From assembly GCF_009914755.1 (NCBI RefSeq), contig NC_060925.1: 64,000 nucleotides of DNA, one strand, 5' to 3'. Both the position numbers and the translations under genes were made by a program. The DNA is from the human T2T-CHM13v2.0 reference genome, Homo sapiens. Shown one piece after another: positions 1-14,900 of the stretch. Numbering within the stretch: the stretch's first letter is position 1; every line of letters begins with the position of its first letter. The notes below the pieces were generated by a model, which saw only the letters and a program-made list of their open reading frames with translations, made no database searches and had not been told where the DNA came from.

Positions 1-314
1 GTATCAACACCAAACGGAAAAAAACGGAATTATCGAATGGAATCGAAGAGAATCTTCGAACGGACCCGAATGGAATCATCTAATGGAATGGAATGGAATA
101 ATCCATGGACTCGAATGCAATCATCATCGAATGGAATCGAATGGAATCATCGAATGGACTCGAATGGAATAATCATTGAACGGAATTGAATGGAATCATC
201 ATCGGATGGAAATGAATGGAATCATCATCGAATGGAATCGAATAGAATTATGGAATGAAATCCAGTGTGATCATCATCGAATGGACCCGAATGGAATCAT
301 CATCCAACGGAAGC

Positions 315-325
315 TAATGGAATCA
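315..325 (+). promoter_or_regulatory. Candidate DUX4-type double-homeobox motif TAATGGAATCA (example; recurs in most units)
   Basis: Matches consensus TAAYBBAATCA as I recall it; DUX4 binding to HSATII is known in general, occupancy of this site is not shown. Confidence 0.4.
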
Positions 326-760
326 ACATCGAATGAATCGAATGGAAACACCATCGAATTGAAACGAATGGAATTATCATGAAATTGAAATGGATGGACT
401 CATCATCGAATGGATTCGAATGGAATCATCGAATAAAATTGATTGAAATCATCATCCAATGGAATCGAATGGTATCATTGAATGGAATCGAATGGAATCA
501 TCATCAGATGGAAATGAATGGAATCGTCATAGAATGGAATCGAATGGATTCATTGAATGGAATCAGATGGAATCATCGAATGGACTGGAATGGAATCATT
601 GAATGGACTCGAAAGGGATCATTATTGAATGGAATTGAATGGAATCATCGAATGGTCTCGATTGGAATCATTACCAAATGGAATCGAATGGAATCACCGA
701 ATAGAATCGAATGGAACAATCATCGAATGGACTCAAATGGAATTATCCTCCAATGGAATC

Positions 761-829
761 GAATGGAATTATCGAATGCAATCGAATGGAATTATCGAAT
801 GCAATCGAATGGAATTATCGAATGCAATC
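761..829 (+). repeat. 3 x 23-bp GAATGGAATTATCGAATGCAATC (two copies in most units)
   Basis: Copies at 761, 784, 807; repeated at 2560-2628; gives the two 1799-bp units. Confidence 0.9.
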
Positions 830-1045
830 GAATAGAATCATCGAATGGACTCGAATGGAATCATCGAATGGAATGGAATGGAACAGTCAATGAACTCGAA
901 TGGAATCATCATTGAATGGAATCGAATGGAATCATCGAGTGGAATCGAATGGAATTATGATCAAATGGAATCGAATGTAATCATCATCAAATGGAATCAA
1001 AAATAACCATCATCAATTGGTATTGAATGGAATTGTCATCAAATG

Positions 1046-1051
1046 GAATTC
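1046..1051. other. Conserved EcoRI site, once per higher-order unit (example)
   Basis: GGAATTCAAAGG seen in each unit; consistent with the classical 1.77-kb EcoRI satellite fragment. Confidence 0.8.
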
Positions 1052-1092
1052 AAAGGAATCATCATCAAATGGAACCGAATGGAATCCTCATT

Positions 1093-2028
1093 GAATGGAA
1101 ATGAAAGGGTTCATCATCTAATGGAATCGCATGGAATCATCATCAAATGGAATCCAATGGAATCATCATCAAATGGAATCTAATGGAATCATTGAACAGA
1201 ATTGAATGGAATCGTCATCGAATGAATTGAATGCAATCATCGAATGGTCTCGAATGGAATCATCTTCTAATGGAAAGGAATGGAATCATCGCATAGAATC
1301 GAATGGAATTATCATCGAATGGAATCGAATGGTATCAACACCAAACGGAAAAAAACGGAATTATCGAATGGAATCGAAGAGAATCTTCGAACGGACCCGA
1401 ATGGAATCATCTAATGGAATGGAATGGAATAATCCATGGACTCGAATGCAATCATCATCGAATGGAATCGAATGGAGTCATCGAATGGACTCGAATGGAA
1501 TAATCATTGAACGGAATCGAATGGAATCATCATCGGATGGAAACGAATGGAATCATCATCGAATGGAAATGAAAGGAGTCATCATCTAATGGAATTGCAT
1601 GGAATCATCATAAAATGGAATCGAATGGAATCAACATCAAATGGAATCAAATGGAATCATTGAGCGGAATTGAATGGAATCGTCATCGAATGAATTGACT
1701 GCAATCATCGAATGGTCTCGAATGGAATCATCTTCAAATGGAATGGAATGGAATCATCGCATAGAATCGAATGGAATTATCATCGAATGGAATCGAATGG
1801 AATCAACACCAAACGGAAAAAAACGGAATTATCGAATGGAATCGAAGAGAATCTTCGAACGGACCCGAATGGAATCATCTAATGGAATGGAATGGAATAA
1901 TCCATGGACTCGAATGCAATCATCATCGAATGGAATCGAATGGAATCATCGAATGGACTCGAATGGAATAATCATTGAACGGAATCGAATGGAATCATCA
2001 TCGGATGGAAATGAATGGAATCATCATC
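1093..2028 (+). repeat. Internal tandem pair of 468-bp modules (1093-1560, 1561-2028)
   Basis: GAATGGAAATGAAAGG at 1093 and 1561; ORF starts 1206/1674; each module has one AAACGGAAAAAAACGG and one CCATGG. Confidence 0.9.
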
Positions 2029-3976
2029 GAATGGAATCGAATAGAATTATGGAATGAAATCCAGTGTGATCATCATCGAATGGACCCGAATGGAATCATC
2101 ATCCAACGGAAGCTAATGGAATCAACATCGAATGAATCGAATGGAAACACCATCGAATTGAAACGAATGGAATTATCATGAAATTGAAATGGATGGACTC
2201 ATCATCGAATGGATTCGAATGGAATCATCGAATAAAATTGATTGAAATCATCATCAAATGGAATCGAATGGTATCATTGAATGGAATCGAATGGAATCAT
2301 CATCAGATGGAAATGAATGGAATCGTCATAGAATGGAATCGAATGGATTCATTGAATGGAATCAGATGGAATCATCGAATGGACTGGAATGGAATCATTG
2401 AATGGACTCGAAAGGGATCATTATTGAATGGAATTGAATGGAATCATCGAATGGTCTCGATTGGAATCATTACCAAATGGAATCGAATGGAATCACCGAA
2501 TAGAATCGAATGGAACAAACATCGAATGGACTCAAATGGAATTATCCTCCAATGGAATCGAATGGAATTATCGAATGCAATCGAATGGAATTATCGAATG
2601 CAATCGAATGGAATTATCGAATGCAATCGAATAGAATCATCGAATGGACTCGAATGGAATCATCGAATGGAATGGAATGGAACAGTCAATGAACTCGAAT
2701 GGAATCATCATTGAATGGAATCGAATGGAATCATCGAGTGGAATCGAATGGAATTATGATCAAATGGAATCTAATGTAATCATCATCAAATGGAATCAAA
2801 AATAACCATCATCAATTGGTATTGAATGGAATTGTCATCAAATGGAATTCAAAGGAATCATCATCAAATGGAACCGAATGGAATCCTCATTGAATGGAAA
2901 TGAAAGGGGTCATCATCTAATGGAATCGCATGGAATCATCATCAAATGGAATCGAATGGAATCATCATCAAATGGAATCTAATGGAATCATTGAACAGAA
3001 TTGAATGGAATCGTCATCGAATGAATTGAATGCAATCATCGAATGGTCTCGAATGGAATCATCTTCTAATGGAAAGGAATGGAATCATCGCATAGAATCG
3101 AATGGAATTATCATCGAATGGAATCGAATGGTATCAACACCAAACGGAAAAAAACGGAATTATCGAATGGAATCGAAGAGAATCTTCGAACGGACCCGAA
3201 TGGAATCATCTAATGGAATGGAATGGAATAATCCATGGACTCGAATGCAATCATCATCGAATGGAATGGAATGGAATCATCGAATGGACTCGAATGGAAT
3301 AATCATTGAACGGAATCGAATGGAATCATCATCGGATGGAAACGAATGGAATCATCATCGAATGGAAATGAAAGGAGTCATCATCTAATGGAATTGCATG
3401 GAATCATCATAAAATGGAATCGAATGGAATCAACATCAAATGGAATCAAATGGAATCATTGAACGGAATTGAATGGAATCGTCATCGAATGAATTGACTG
3501 CAATCATCGAATGGTCTCGAATGGAATCATCTTCAAATGGAATGGAATGGAATCATCGCATAGAATCGAATGGAATTATCATCGAATGGAATCGAATGGA
3601 ATCAACATCAAACGGAAAAAAACAGAATTATCGTATGGAATCGAAGAGAATCATCGAATGGACCCGAATGGAATCATCTAATGGAATGGAATGGAATAAT
3701 CCATGGACTCGAATGCAATCATCATCGAATGGAATCGAATGGAATCATCGAATGGACTCGAATGGAATAATCATTGAACGGAATCGAATGGAATCATCAT
3801 CGGATGGAAATGAATGGAATCATCATCGAATGGAATCGAATAGAATTATGGAATGAAATCCAGTGTGATCATCATCGAATGGACCCGAATGGAATCATCA
3901 TCCAACGGAAGCTAATGGAATCAACATCGAATAAATCGAATGGAAACACCATCGAATTGAAACGAATGGAATTATC

Positions 3977-5752
3977 ATGAAATTGAAATGGATGGACTCA
4001 TCATCGAATGGATTCGAATGGAATCATCGAATAAAATTGATTGAAATCATCATCCAATGGAATCGAATGGTATCATTGAATGGAATCGAATGGAATCATC
4101 ATCAGATGGAAATGAATGGAATCGTCATAGAATGGAATCGAATGGATTCATTGAATGGAATCAGATGGAATCATCGAATGGACTGGAATGGAATCATTGA
4201 ATGGACTCGAAAGGGATCATGATTGAATGGAATTGAATGGAATCATCGAATGGTCTCGATTGGAATCATTATCAAATGGAATCGAATGGAATCACCGAAT
4301 AGAATCGAAAGGAACAATCATCGAATGGACTCAAATGGAATTATCCTCAAATGGAATCGAATGGAATTATCGAATGCAATCGAATGGAATTATCGAATGC
4401 AATCGAATAGAATCATCGAAAGGACTCGAATGGAATCATCGAATGGAATGGAATGGAACAGTCAATGAACTCGAATGGAATCATCATTGAATGGAATCGA
4501 ATGGAATCATCGAGTGGAATCGAATGGAATTATGATCAAATGGAATCGAATGTAATCATCATCAAATGGAATCAAAAATAACCATCATCAATTGGTATTG
4601 AATGGAATTGTCATCAAATGGAATTCAAAGGAATCATCATCAAATGGAACCGAATGGAATCCTCATTGAATGGAAATGAAAGGGGTCATCATCTAATGGA
4701 ATCGCATGTAATCATCATCAAATGGAATCGAAAGGAATCATCATCAAATGGAATCTAATGGAATCATTGAACAGAATTGAATGGAATCGTCATCGAATGA
4801 ATTGAATGCAATCATCGAATGGTCTCGAATGGAATCATCTTCTAATGGAAAGGAATGGAATCATCGCATAGAATCGAATGGAATTATCATCGAATGGAAT
4901 CGAATGGTATCAACACCAAACGGAAAAAAACGGAATTATCGAATGGAATCGAAGAGAATCTTCGAACGGACCCGAATGGAATCATCTAATGGAATGGAAT
5001 GGAATAATCCATGGACTCGAATGCAATCATCATCGAATGGAATCGAATGGAGTCATCGAATGGACTCGAATGGAATAATCATTGAACGGAATCGAATGGA
5101 ATCATCATCGGATGGAAACGAATGGAATCATCATCGAATGGAAATGAAAGGAGTCATCATCTAATGGAATTGCATGGAATCATCATAAAATGGAATCGAA
5201 TGGAATCAACATCAAATGGAATCAAATGGAATCATTGAACGGAATTGAATGGAATCGTCATCGAATGAATTGACTGCAATCATCGAATGGTCTCGAATGG
5301 AATCATCTTCAAATGGAATGGAATGGAATCATCGCATAGAATCGAATGGAATTATGATCGAATGGAATCGAGTGGAATCAACATCAAACGGAAAAAAACA
5401 GAATTATCGTATGGAATCTAAGAGAATCATCGAATGGACCCGAATGGAATCATCTAATGGAATGGAATGGAATAATCCATGGACTCGAATGCAATCATCA
5501 TCGAATGGAATCGAATGGAATCATCGAATGGACTCGAATGGAATAATCATTGAACGGAATAGAATGGAATCATCATCGGATGGAAATGAATGGAAGCATC
5601 ATCGAATGGAATCGAATAGAATTATGGAATGAAATCCAGTGTGATCATCATCGAATGGACCCGAATGGAATCATCATCCAACGGAAGCTAATGGAATCAA
5701 CATCGAATGAATCGAATGGAAACACCATCGAATTGAAACGAATGGAATTATC
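3977..5752 (+). repeat. Canonical 1776-bp higher-order unit (example; 840-bp core + 2 x 468-bp modules)
   Basis: Landmark ATGAAATTGAAATGGATGG at 3977 and 5753. Units of 1774-1776 bp also start at 8984, 18285, 20061, 23292, 26991, 30074, 40409, 49301, 60338. Confidence 0.92.
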
Positions 5753-6585
5753 ATGAAATTGAAATGGATGGACACATCATCGAATGGATTCGAATGGAAT
5801 CATCGAATAAAATTGATTGAAATCATCATCAAATGGAATCGAATGGTATCATTGAATGGAATCGAATGGAATCATCATCAGATGGAAATGAATGGAATCG
5901 TCATAGAATGGAATCGAATGGATTCATTGAATGGAATCAGATGGAATCATCGAATGGACTGGAATGGAATCATTGAATGTACTCGAAAGGGATCATTATT
6001 GAATGGAATTGAATGGAATCATCGAATGTTCTCGATTGGAATCATTATCAAATGGAATCGAATGGAATCACCGAATAGAATCGAATGGAACAATCATTGA
6101 ATGGACTCAAATGGAATTATCCTCAAATGGAATCGAATGGAATTATCGAATGCAATCGAATGGAATTATCGAATGCAATCGAATAGAATCATCGAATGGA
6201 CTCGAATGGAATCATCGAATGGAATGGAATGGAACAGTCAATGAACTCGAATGGAATCATCATTGAATGGAATCGAATGGAATCATCGAGTGGAATCGAA
6301 TGGAATTATGATCAAATGGAATCGAATGTAATCATCATCAAATGGAATCAAAAATAACCATCATCAATTGGTATTGAATGGAATTCTCATCAAATGGAAT
6401 TCAAAGGAATCATCATCAAATGGAACTGAATGAAATCCTCATTGAATGGAAATGAAAGGGGTCATCATCTAATGGAATCGCATGGAATCATCATCAAATG
6501 GAATCGAATGGAATCATCATCAAATGGAATCTGATGGAATCATTGAACAGAATTGAATGGAATCGTCATCGAATGAATTGAATGC

Positions 6586-6879
6586 AATCATCGAATGGTC
6601 TCTAATGTAATCACATTCTAATGGAAAGGAATGGAATCATCGCATAGAATCGAATGGAATTAACATTGAATGGACTCGAATGGAATCAACATCAAACGGA
6701 ATCAAGCGGAATTATCGAATGGAATCGAAGAGAATCATCGAATGGTCTCGAATGGAATCATCTTCTAATGGAAAGGAATGGAATCATCGCATAGAATCGA
6801 ATGGAATTAACATTGAATGGACTCGAATGGAATCAACATCAAATGGAATCAAGCGGAATTATCGAATGAAATCGAAGAG
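6586..6879 (+). repeat. 147-bp tandem duplication inside a variant module (1923-bp unit class)
   Basis: AATCATCGAATGGTCTC at 6586 and 6733; first copy marked by GTAATCACATTCTAATGG; recurs near 17195, 22670, 25901, 35692. Confidence 0.85.
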
Positions 6880-7675
6880 AATCATCGAATGGACTCGAAT
6901 GGAATCATCTAATGGAATGGAATGGAATAATCCACGGACTCGAATGCAATCATCATCGTATAGAATCGAATGGAATCATCGAATGGACTCGAATGGAATA
7001 ATCATTGAACGGAATCGAATGGAATCATCATCGGATGGAAACGAATGGAATCATCATCGAATGGAAATGAAAGGAGTCATCATCTAATGGAATTGCATGG
7101 AATCATCATCAAATGGAATCGAATGGAATCAACATCAAATGGAATCAAATGGAATCATTGAACGGAATTGAATGGAATCGTCATCGAATGAATTGAATGC
7201 AATCATCGAATGGTCTCGAATGGAATCATCTTCAAATGGAATGGAATGGAATCATCGCATAGAATCGAATGGAATTATCATCGAATGGAATCGAATGGAA
7301 TCAACATCAAACGGAAAAAAACGGAATTATCGAATGGAATCGAAGAGAATCATCGAATGGACCCGAATGGAATCATCTAATGGAATGGAATGGAATAATC
7401 CATGGACTCGAATGCAATCATCATCGAATGGAATCGAATGGAATCATCGAATGGACTCGAATGGAATAATCATTGAACGGAATCGAATGGAATCATCATC
7501 GGATGGAAATGAATGGAATCATCATCGAATGGAATCGAATAGAATTATGGAATGAAATCCAGTGTGATCATCATCGAATGGACCCGAATGGAATCATCAT
7601 CCAACGGAAGCTAATGGAATCAACATCGAGTGAATCAAATGGAAACACCATCGAATTGAAACGAATGGAATTACC

Positions 7676-8983
7676 ATGAAATTGAAATGGATGGACTCAT
7701 CCTCAAATGGATTCGAGTGGAATCATCGAATAAAATTGATTGAAATCATCATCGAATGGAATCGAATGGTATCATTGAATGGAATCGAATGGAATCATCA
7801 TCAGATGGAAATGAAAGGAATCGTCATAGAATGGAATCGAATGGATTCATTGAATGGAATCAGATGGAATCATTGAATGGACTGGAATGGAATCATTGAA
7901 TGGACTCGAAAGGGATCATTATTGAATGGAATTGAATGGAATCATCGAATGGTCTCGATTGGAATCATTATCAAATGGAATCGAATGGAATCACCGAATA
8001 GAATCGAATGGAACAATCATCGAATGGACTCAAATGGAATTATCCTCAAATGGAATTGAATGGAATTATCGAATGCAATCGAATGGAATTATCGAATGCA
8101 ATCGAATAGAATCATCGAATGGACTCGAATGGAATCATCGAATGGAATGGAATGGAACAGTCAATGAACTCGAATGGAATCATCATTGAATGGAATCGAA
8201 TGGAATCATCGAGTGGAATCGAATGTAATCATCATCAAATGGAATCAAAAATAACCATCATCAAATGGAATCAAAAATAACCATCATCAATTGGTATTGA
8301 ATGGAATTGTCATCAAATGGAATTCAAAGGAATCATCATCAAATGGAACCGAATGGAATCCTCATTGAATGGAAATTAAAGGGGTCATCATCTAATGGAA
8401 TCGCATGGAATCATCATCAAATGGAATCGAATGGAATCAACATCAAATGGAATCAAATGGAATCATTGAACGGAATTGAATGGAATCGTCATCGAATGAA
8501 TTGAATGCAATCATCGAATGGTCTCGAATGGAATCATCTTCAAATGGAATGGAATGGAATCATCGCATAGAATCGAATGGAATTTTCATCGAATGGAATC
8601 GAATGGAATCAACATCAAACGGAAGAAAACGGAATTATCGAATGGAATCGAAGAGAATCACCGAATGGACCCGAATGGAAACATCTAATGGAATGGAATG
8701 GAATAATCCATGGACTCGAATGCAATCATCATCGAATGGAATCGAATGGAATCATCGAATGGACTCTAATGGAATAATCATTGAACGGAATCGAATGGAA
8801 TCATCATCGGATGGAAATGAATGGAATCATCATCGAATGGAATCGAATAGAATTATGGAATGAAATCCAGTGTGATCATCATCGAATGGACCCGAATGGA
8901 ATCATCATCCAACGGAAGCTAATGGAATCAACATCGAATGAATCAAATGGAAACACCATCGAATTGAAACGAATGGAATTACC
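7676..8983 (+). repeat. 1308-bp short unit (single 468-bp module), example
   Basis: Landmark spacing 1308 = 1776-468; also units at 10759, 12067, 28766, 31850, 51077, 54594. Confidence 0.9.
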
Positions 8984-11900
8984 ATGAAATTGAAATGGAT
9001 GGACTCATCCTCAAATGGATTCGAGTGGAATCATCGAATAAAATTGATTGAAATCATCATCGAATGGAATCGAATGGTATCATTGAATGGAATCGAATGG
9101 AATCATCATCAGATGGAAATGAAAGGAATCGTCATAGAATGGAATCGAATGGATTCATTGAATGGAATCAGATGGAATCATTGAATGGAATGGAATGGAA
9201 TCATTGAATGGACTCGAAAGGGATCATTATTGAATGGAATTGAATGGAATCATCGAATGGTCTCGATTGGAATCATTATCAAATGGAATCGAATGGAATC
9301 ACCGAATAGAATCGAATGGAACAATCATCGAATGGACTCAAATGGAATTATCCTCAAATAGAATCGAATGGAATTATCGAATGCAATCGAATGGAATTAT
9401 CGAATGCAATCGAATAGAATCATCGAATGGACTCGAATGGAATCATCGAATGGAATGGAATGGAACAGTCAATAAACTCGAATGGAATCATCATTGAATG
9501 GAATCGAATGGAATCATCGAGTGGAATCGAATGGAATTATGATCAAATGGAATCGAATGTAATCATCATCAAATGGAATCAAAAATAACCATCATCAATT
9601 GGTATTGAATGGAATTGTCATCAAATGGAATTCAAAGGAATCATCATCAAATGGAACCGAATGGAATCCTCATTGAATGGAAATGAAAGGGGTCATCATC
9701 TAATGGAATCGCATGGAATCATCATCAAATGGAATCGAATGGAATCATCATCAAATGGAATCTAATGGAATCATTGAAAGAATTGAATGGAATCATCATC
9801 GAATGAATTGAATGCAATCATCGAATGGTCTCGAATGGAATCATCTTCTAATGGAAAGGAATGGAATCATCGCATAGAATCGAATGGAATTATCATCGAA
9901 TGGAATCGAATGGTATCAACACCAAACGGAAAAAAACGGAATTATCGAATGGAATCGAAGAGAATCTTCGAACGGACCCGAATGGAATCATCTAATGGAA
10001 TGGAATGGAATAATCCATGGACTCGAATGCAATCATCATCGAATGGAATCGAATGGAATCATCGAATGGACTCGAATGGAATAATCATTGAACGGAATCG
10101 AATGGAATCATCATCGGATGGAAACGAATGGAATCATCATCGAATGGAAATGAAAGGAGTCATCATCTAATGGAATTGCATGGAATCATCATAAAATGGA
10201 ATCGAATGGAATCAACATCAAATGGAATCAAATGGAATCATTGAACGGAATTGAATGGAATCGTCATCGAATGAATTGAATGCAATCATCGAATGGTCTC
10301 GAATGGAATCATCTTCAAATGGAATGGAATGGAATCATCGCATAGAATCGAATGGAATTATCATCGAATGGAATCGAATGGAATCAACATCAAACGGAAA
10401 AAAACGGAATTATCGAATGGAATCGAAGAGAATCATCGAATGGACCCGAATGGAATCATCTAATGGAATGGAATGGAATAATCCATGGACTCGAATGCAA
10501 TCATCATCGAATGGAATCGAATGGAATCATCGAATGGACTCGAATGGAATAATCATTGAACGGAATCGAATGGAATCATCATCGGATGGAAATGAATGGA
10601 ATCATCATCGAATGGAATGGAATAGAATTATGGAATGAAATCCAGTGTGATCATCATCGAATGGACCCGAATGGAATCATCATCCAACGGAAGCTAATGG
10701 AATCAACATCGAGTGAATCAAATGGAAACACCATCGAATTGAAACGAATGGAATTACCATGAAATTGAAATGGATGGACTCATCCTCAAATGGATTCGAG
10801 TGGAATCATCGAATAAAATTGATTGAAATCATCATCGAATGGAATCGAATGGTATCATTGAATGGAATCGAATGGAATCATCATCAGATGGAAATGAAAG
10901 GAATCGTCATAGAATGGAATCGAATGGATTCATTGAATGGAATCAGATGGAATCATTGAATGGACTGGAATGGAATCATTGAATGGACTCGAAAGGGATC
11001 ATTATTGAATGGAATTGAATGGAATCATCGAATGGTCTCGATTGGAATCATTATCAAATGGAATCGAATGGAATCACCAAATAGAATCGAATGGAACAAT
11101 CATCGAATGGACTCAAATGGAATTATCCTCAAATGGAATTGAATGGAATTATCGAATGCAATCGAATGGAATTATCGAATGCAATCGAATAGAATCATCG
11201 AATGGACTCGAATGGAATCATCGAATGGAATGGAATGGAACAGTCAATGAACTCGAATGGAATCATCATTGAATGGAATCGAATGGAATCATCGAGTGGA
11301 ATCGAATGTAATCATCATCAAATGGAATCAAAAATAACCATCATCAAATGGAATCAAAAATAACCATCATCAATTGGTATTGAATGGAATTCTCATCAAA
11401 TGGAATTCAAAGGAATCATCATCAAATGGAACCGAATGGAATCCTCATTGAATGGAAATTAAAGGGGTCATCATCTAATGGAATCGCATGGAATCATCAT
11501 CAAATGGAATCGAATGGAATCAACATCAAATGGAATCAAATGGAATCATTGAACGGAATTGAATGGAATCGTCATCGAATGAATTGAATGCAATCATCGA
11601 ATGGTCTCGAATGGAATCATCTTCAAATGGAATGGAATGGAATCATCGCATAGAATCGAATGGAATTTTCATCGAATGGAATCGAATGGAATCAACATCA
11701 AACGGAAAAAAACGGAATTATCGAATGGAATCGAAGAGAATCACCGAATGGACCCGAATGGAATCATCTAATGGAATGGAATGGAATAATCCATGGACTC
11801 GAATGCAATCATCATCGAATGGAATCGAATGGAATCATCGAATGGACTCGAATGGAATAATAATTGAACGGAATCGAATGGAATCATCATCGGATGGAAA

Positions 11901-14900
11901 TGAATGGAATCATCATCGAATGGAATCGAATAGAATTATGGAATGAAATCCAGTGTGATCATCATCGAATGGACCCGAATGGAATCATCATCCAACGGAA
12001 GCTAATGGAATCAACATCGAATGAATCAAATGGAAACACCATCGAATTGAAACGAATGGAATTACCATGAAATTGAAATGGATGGACTCATCATCGAATG
12101 GATTCGAAAGGAATCATCGAATAAAATTGATTGAAATCATCATCGAATGGAATCGAATGGTATCATTGAATGGAATCGAATGGAATCATCATCAGATGGA
12201 AATGAATGGAATCGTCATAGAATGGAATCGAATGGATTCATTGAATGGAATCAGATGGAATCATCGAATGGACTGGAATGGAATCATTGAATGGACTCGA
12301 AAGAGATCATGATTGAATGGAATTGAATAGAATCATCGAATGGTCTCGATTGGAATCATTATCAAATGGAATCGAATGGAATCACCGAATAGAATCGAAT
12401 GGAACAATCATCGAATGGACTCAAATGGAATTATCCTCAAATGGAATCGAATGGAATTATCGAATGCAATCGAATGGAATTATCGAATGCAATCGAATAG
12501 AATCATCGAATGGACTCGAATGGAATCATCGAATGGAATGGAATGGAACAGTCAATGAACTCGAATGGAATCATCATTGAATGGAATCGAATGGAATCAT
12601 CGAGTGGAATCGAATGTAATCATCATCAAATGGAATCAAAAATAACCATCATCAAATGGAATCAAAAATAACCATCATCAATTGGTATTGAATGGAATTC
12701 TCATCAAATGGAATTCAAAGGAATCATCATCAAATGGAACCGAATGGAATCCTCATTGAATGGAAATGAAAGGGGTCATCATCTAATGGAATCGCATGGA
12801 ATCATCATAAAATGGAATCGAATGGAATCAACATCAAATGGAATCAAATGGAATCATTGAACGGAATTGAATGGAATCGTCATCGAATGAATTGAATGCA
12901 ATCATCTAATGGTCTCGAATGGAATCATCTTCAAATGGAATGGAATGGAATCATCGCATAGAATCGAATGGAATTATCATCGAATGGAATTGAATGGAAT
13001 CAACATCAAACGGAAAAAAACGGAATTATCTAATGGAATCGAAGAGAATCATCGAATGGACCCGAATGGAATCATCTAATGGAATGGAATGGAATAATCC
13101 ATGGACTCGAATGCAATCATCATCGAATGGAATCGAATGGAATCATCGAATGGACTCGAATGGAATAATCATTGAACGGAATCGAATGGAATCATCATCG
13201 GATGGAAATGAATGGAATCATCATCGAATGGAATCGAATAGAATTATGGAATGAAATCCAGTGTGATCATCATCGAATGGACCCGAATGGAATCATCATC
13301 CATCGGAAGCAAATGGAATCAACATCGAATGAATCGAATGGAAACACCATCGAATTGAAACGAATGGAATTATCATGAAATTGAAATGGATGGACTCATC
13401 ATCGAATGGATTCGAATGGAATCATCGAATAAAATTGATTGAAATCATCATCGAATGGAATCGAATGGTATCATTGAATGGAATCGAATGGAATCATCAT
13501 CAGATGGAAATGAATGGAATCGTCATAGAATGGAATCGAATGGATTCATTGAATGGAATCAGATGGAATCATCGAATGGACTGGAATGGAATCATTGAAT
13601 GGACTCGAAAGGGATCATTATTGAATGGAATTGAATGGAATCATCGAATGGTCTCGATTGGAATCATTATCAAATGGAATCGAATGGAATCACCGAATAG
13701 AATCGAATGGAACAATCATCGAATGGACTCAAATGGAATTATCCTCCAATGGAATCGAATGGAATTATCGAATGCAATCGAATGGAATTATCGAATGCAA
13801 TCGAATAGAATCACCGAATGGACTCGAATGGAATCATCGAATGGAATGGAATGGAAAAGTCAATGAACACGAATGGAATCATCACTGAATGGAATCGAAT
13901 GGAATCATCAAGTGGAATCGAATGGAATTATGATCAAACGGAATCGAATGTAATCATCATCAAATGGAATCAAAAATAACCATCATCAATTGGTATTGAA
14001 TGGAATTGTTATCAAATGGAATTCAAAGAAATCATCATCAAATGGAACTGAATGGAATCCTCATTGAATGGAAATGAAAGGGGTCATCATCTAATGGAAT
14101 AGCATGGAATAATCATCAAATGGAATCGAATGAAATCATCATCAAATTGAATCTAATGGAAACATTGAACAGAATTGAATGGAATCGTCATCGAATGAAT
14201 TGAATGCAATCATCGAATGGTCTCGAATGGAATCATCTTCTAATGGAAAGGAATGGAATCATCGCATAGAATCGAATGGAATTAACATTGAATGGAATCG
14301 AATGGAATCAACATCAAATGGAATCAAGCGGAATTATCGAATGAAATCGAAGAGAATCATCGAATGGACTCGAATGGAATCATCTAATGGAATGGAATGG
14401 AATAATCCACGGACTCGAATGCAATCATCATCGTATAGAATCGAATGGAATCATCGAATGGACTCGAATGGAATAACCATTGAACGGAATCGAATGGAAT
14501 CATCATCGGATGGAAACGAATGGAATCATCATCGAATGGAAATGAAAAGAGTCATCATCTAATGGAATTGCATGGAATCATCATAAAATGGAATCGAATG
14601 GAATCATCATCAAATGGAATCAAATGGAAGCATTGAACGGAATTGAATGGAATCGTCATCGAATGAATTGAATGCAATCATCGAATGGTCTCGAATGGAA
14701 TCATCTTCAAATGGAATGGAATGGAATCATCGCATAGAATCGAATGGAATTATCATCGAATGGAATCGAATGGTATCAACATCAAACGGAAAAAAACGGA
14801 ATTATCGAATGGAATCAAAGAGAATCTTCGAATGGACCCGAATGGAATCATCTAATGGAATGGAATGGAATAATCCATGGACTCGAATGCAATCATCATC

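Noticed and set aside
80-100. GAA repeats as heat-shock elements
   Set aside because: The nGAAn units are in direct rather than alternating inverted orientation; HSF1 stress-body binding is mainly described for HSat3.
440-451. Short inverted repeat TGATT-GA-AATCA once per unit
   Set aside because: A 5-bp stem with a 2-nt loop is too weak to call a hairpin or terminator, and its recurrence only reflects unit duplication.
6586-6732. 147-bp duplication equals nucleosome core length
   Set aside because: 147 = 3 x (26+23), which the monomer grammar already explains; no evidence for a nucleosome link.
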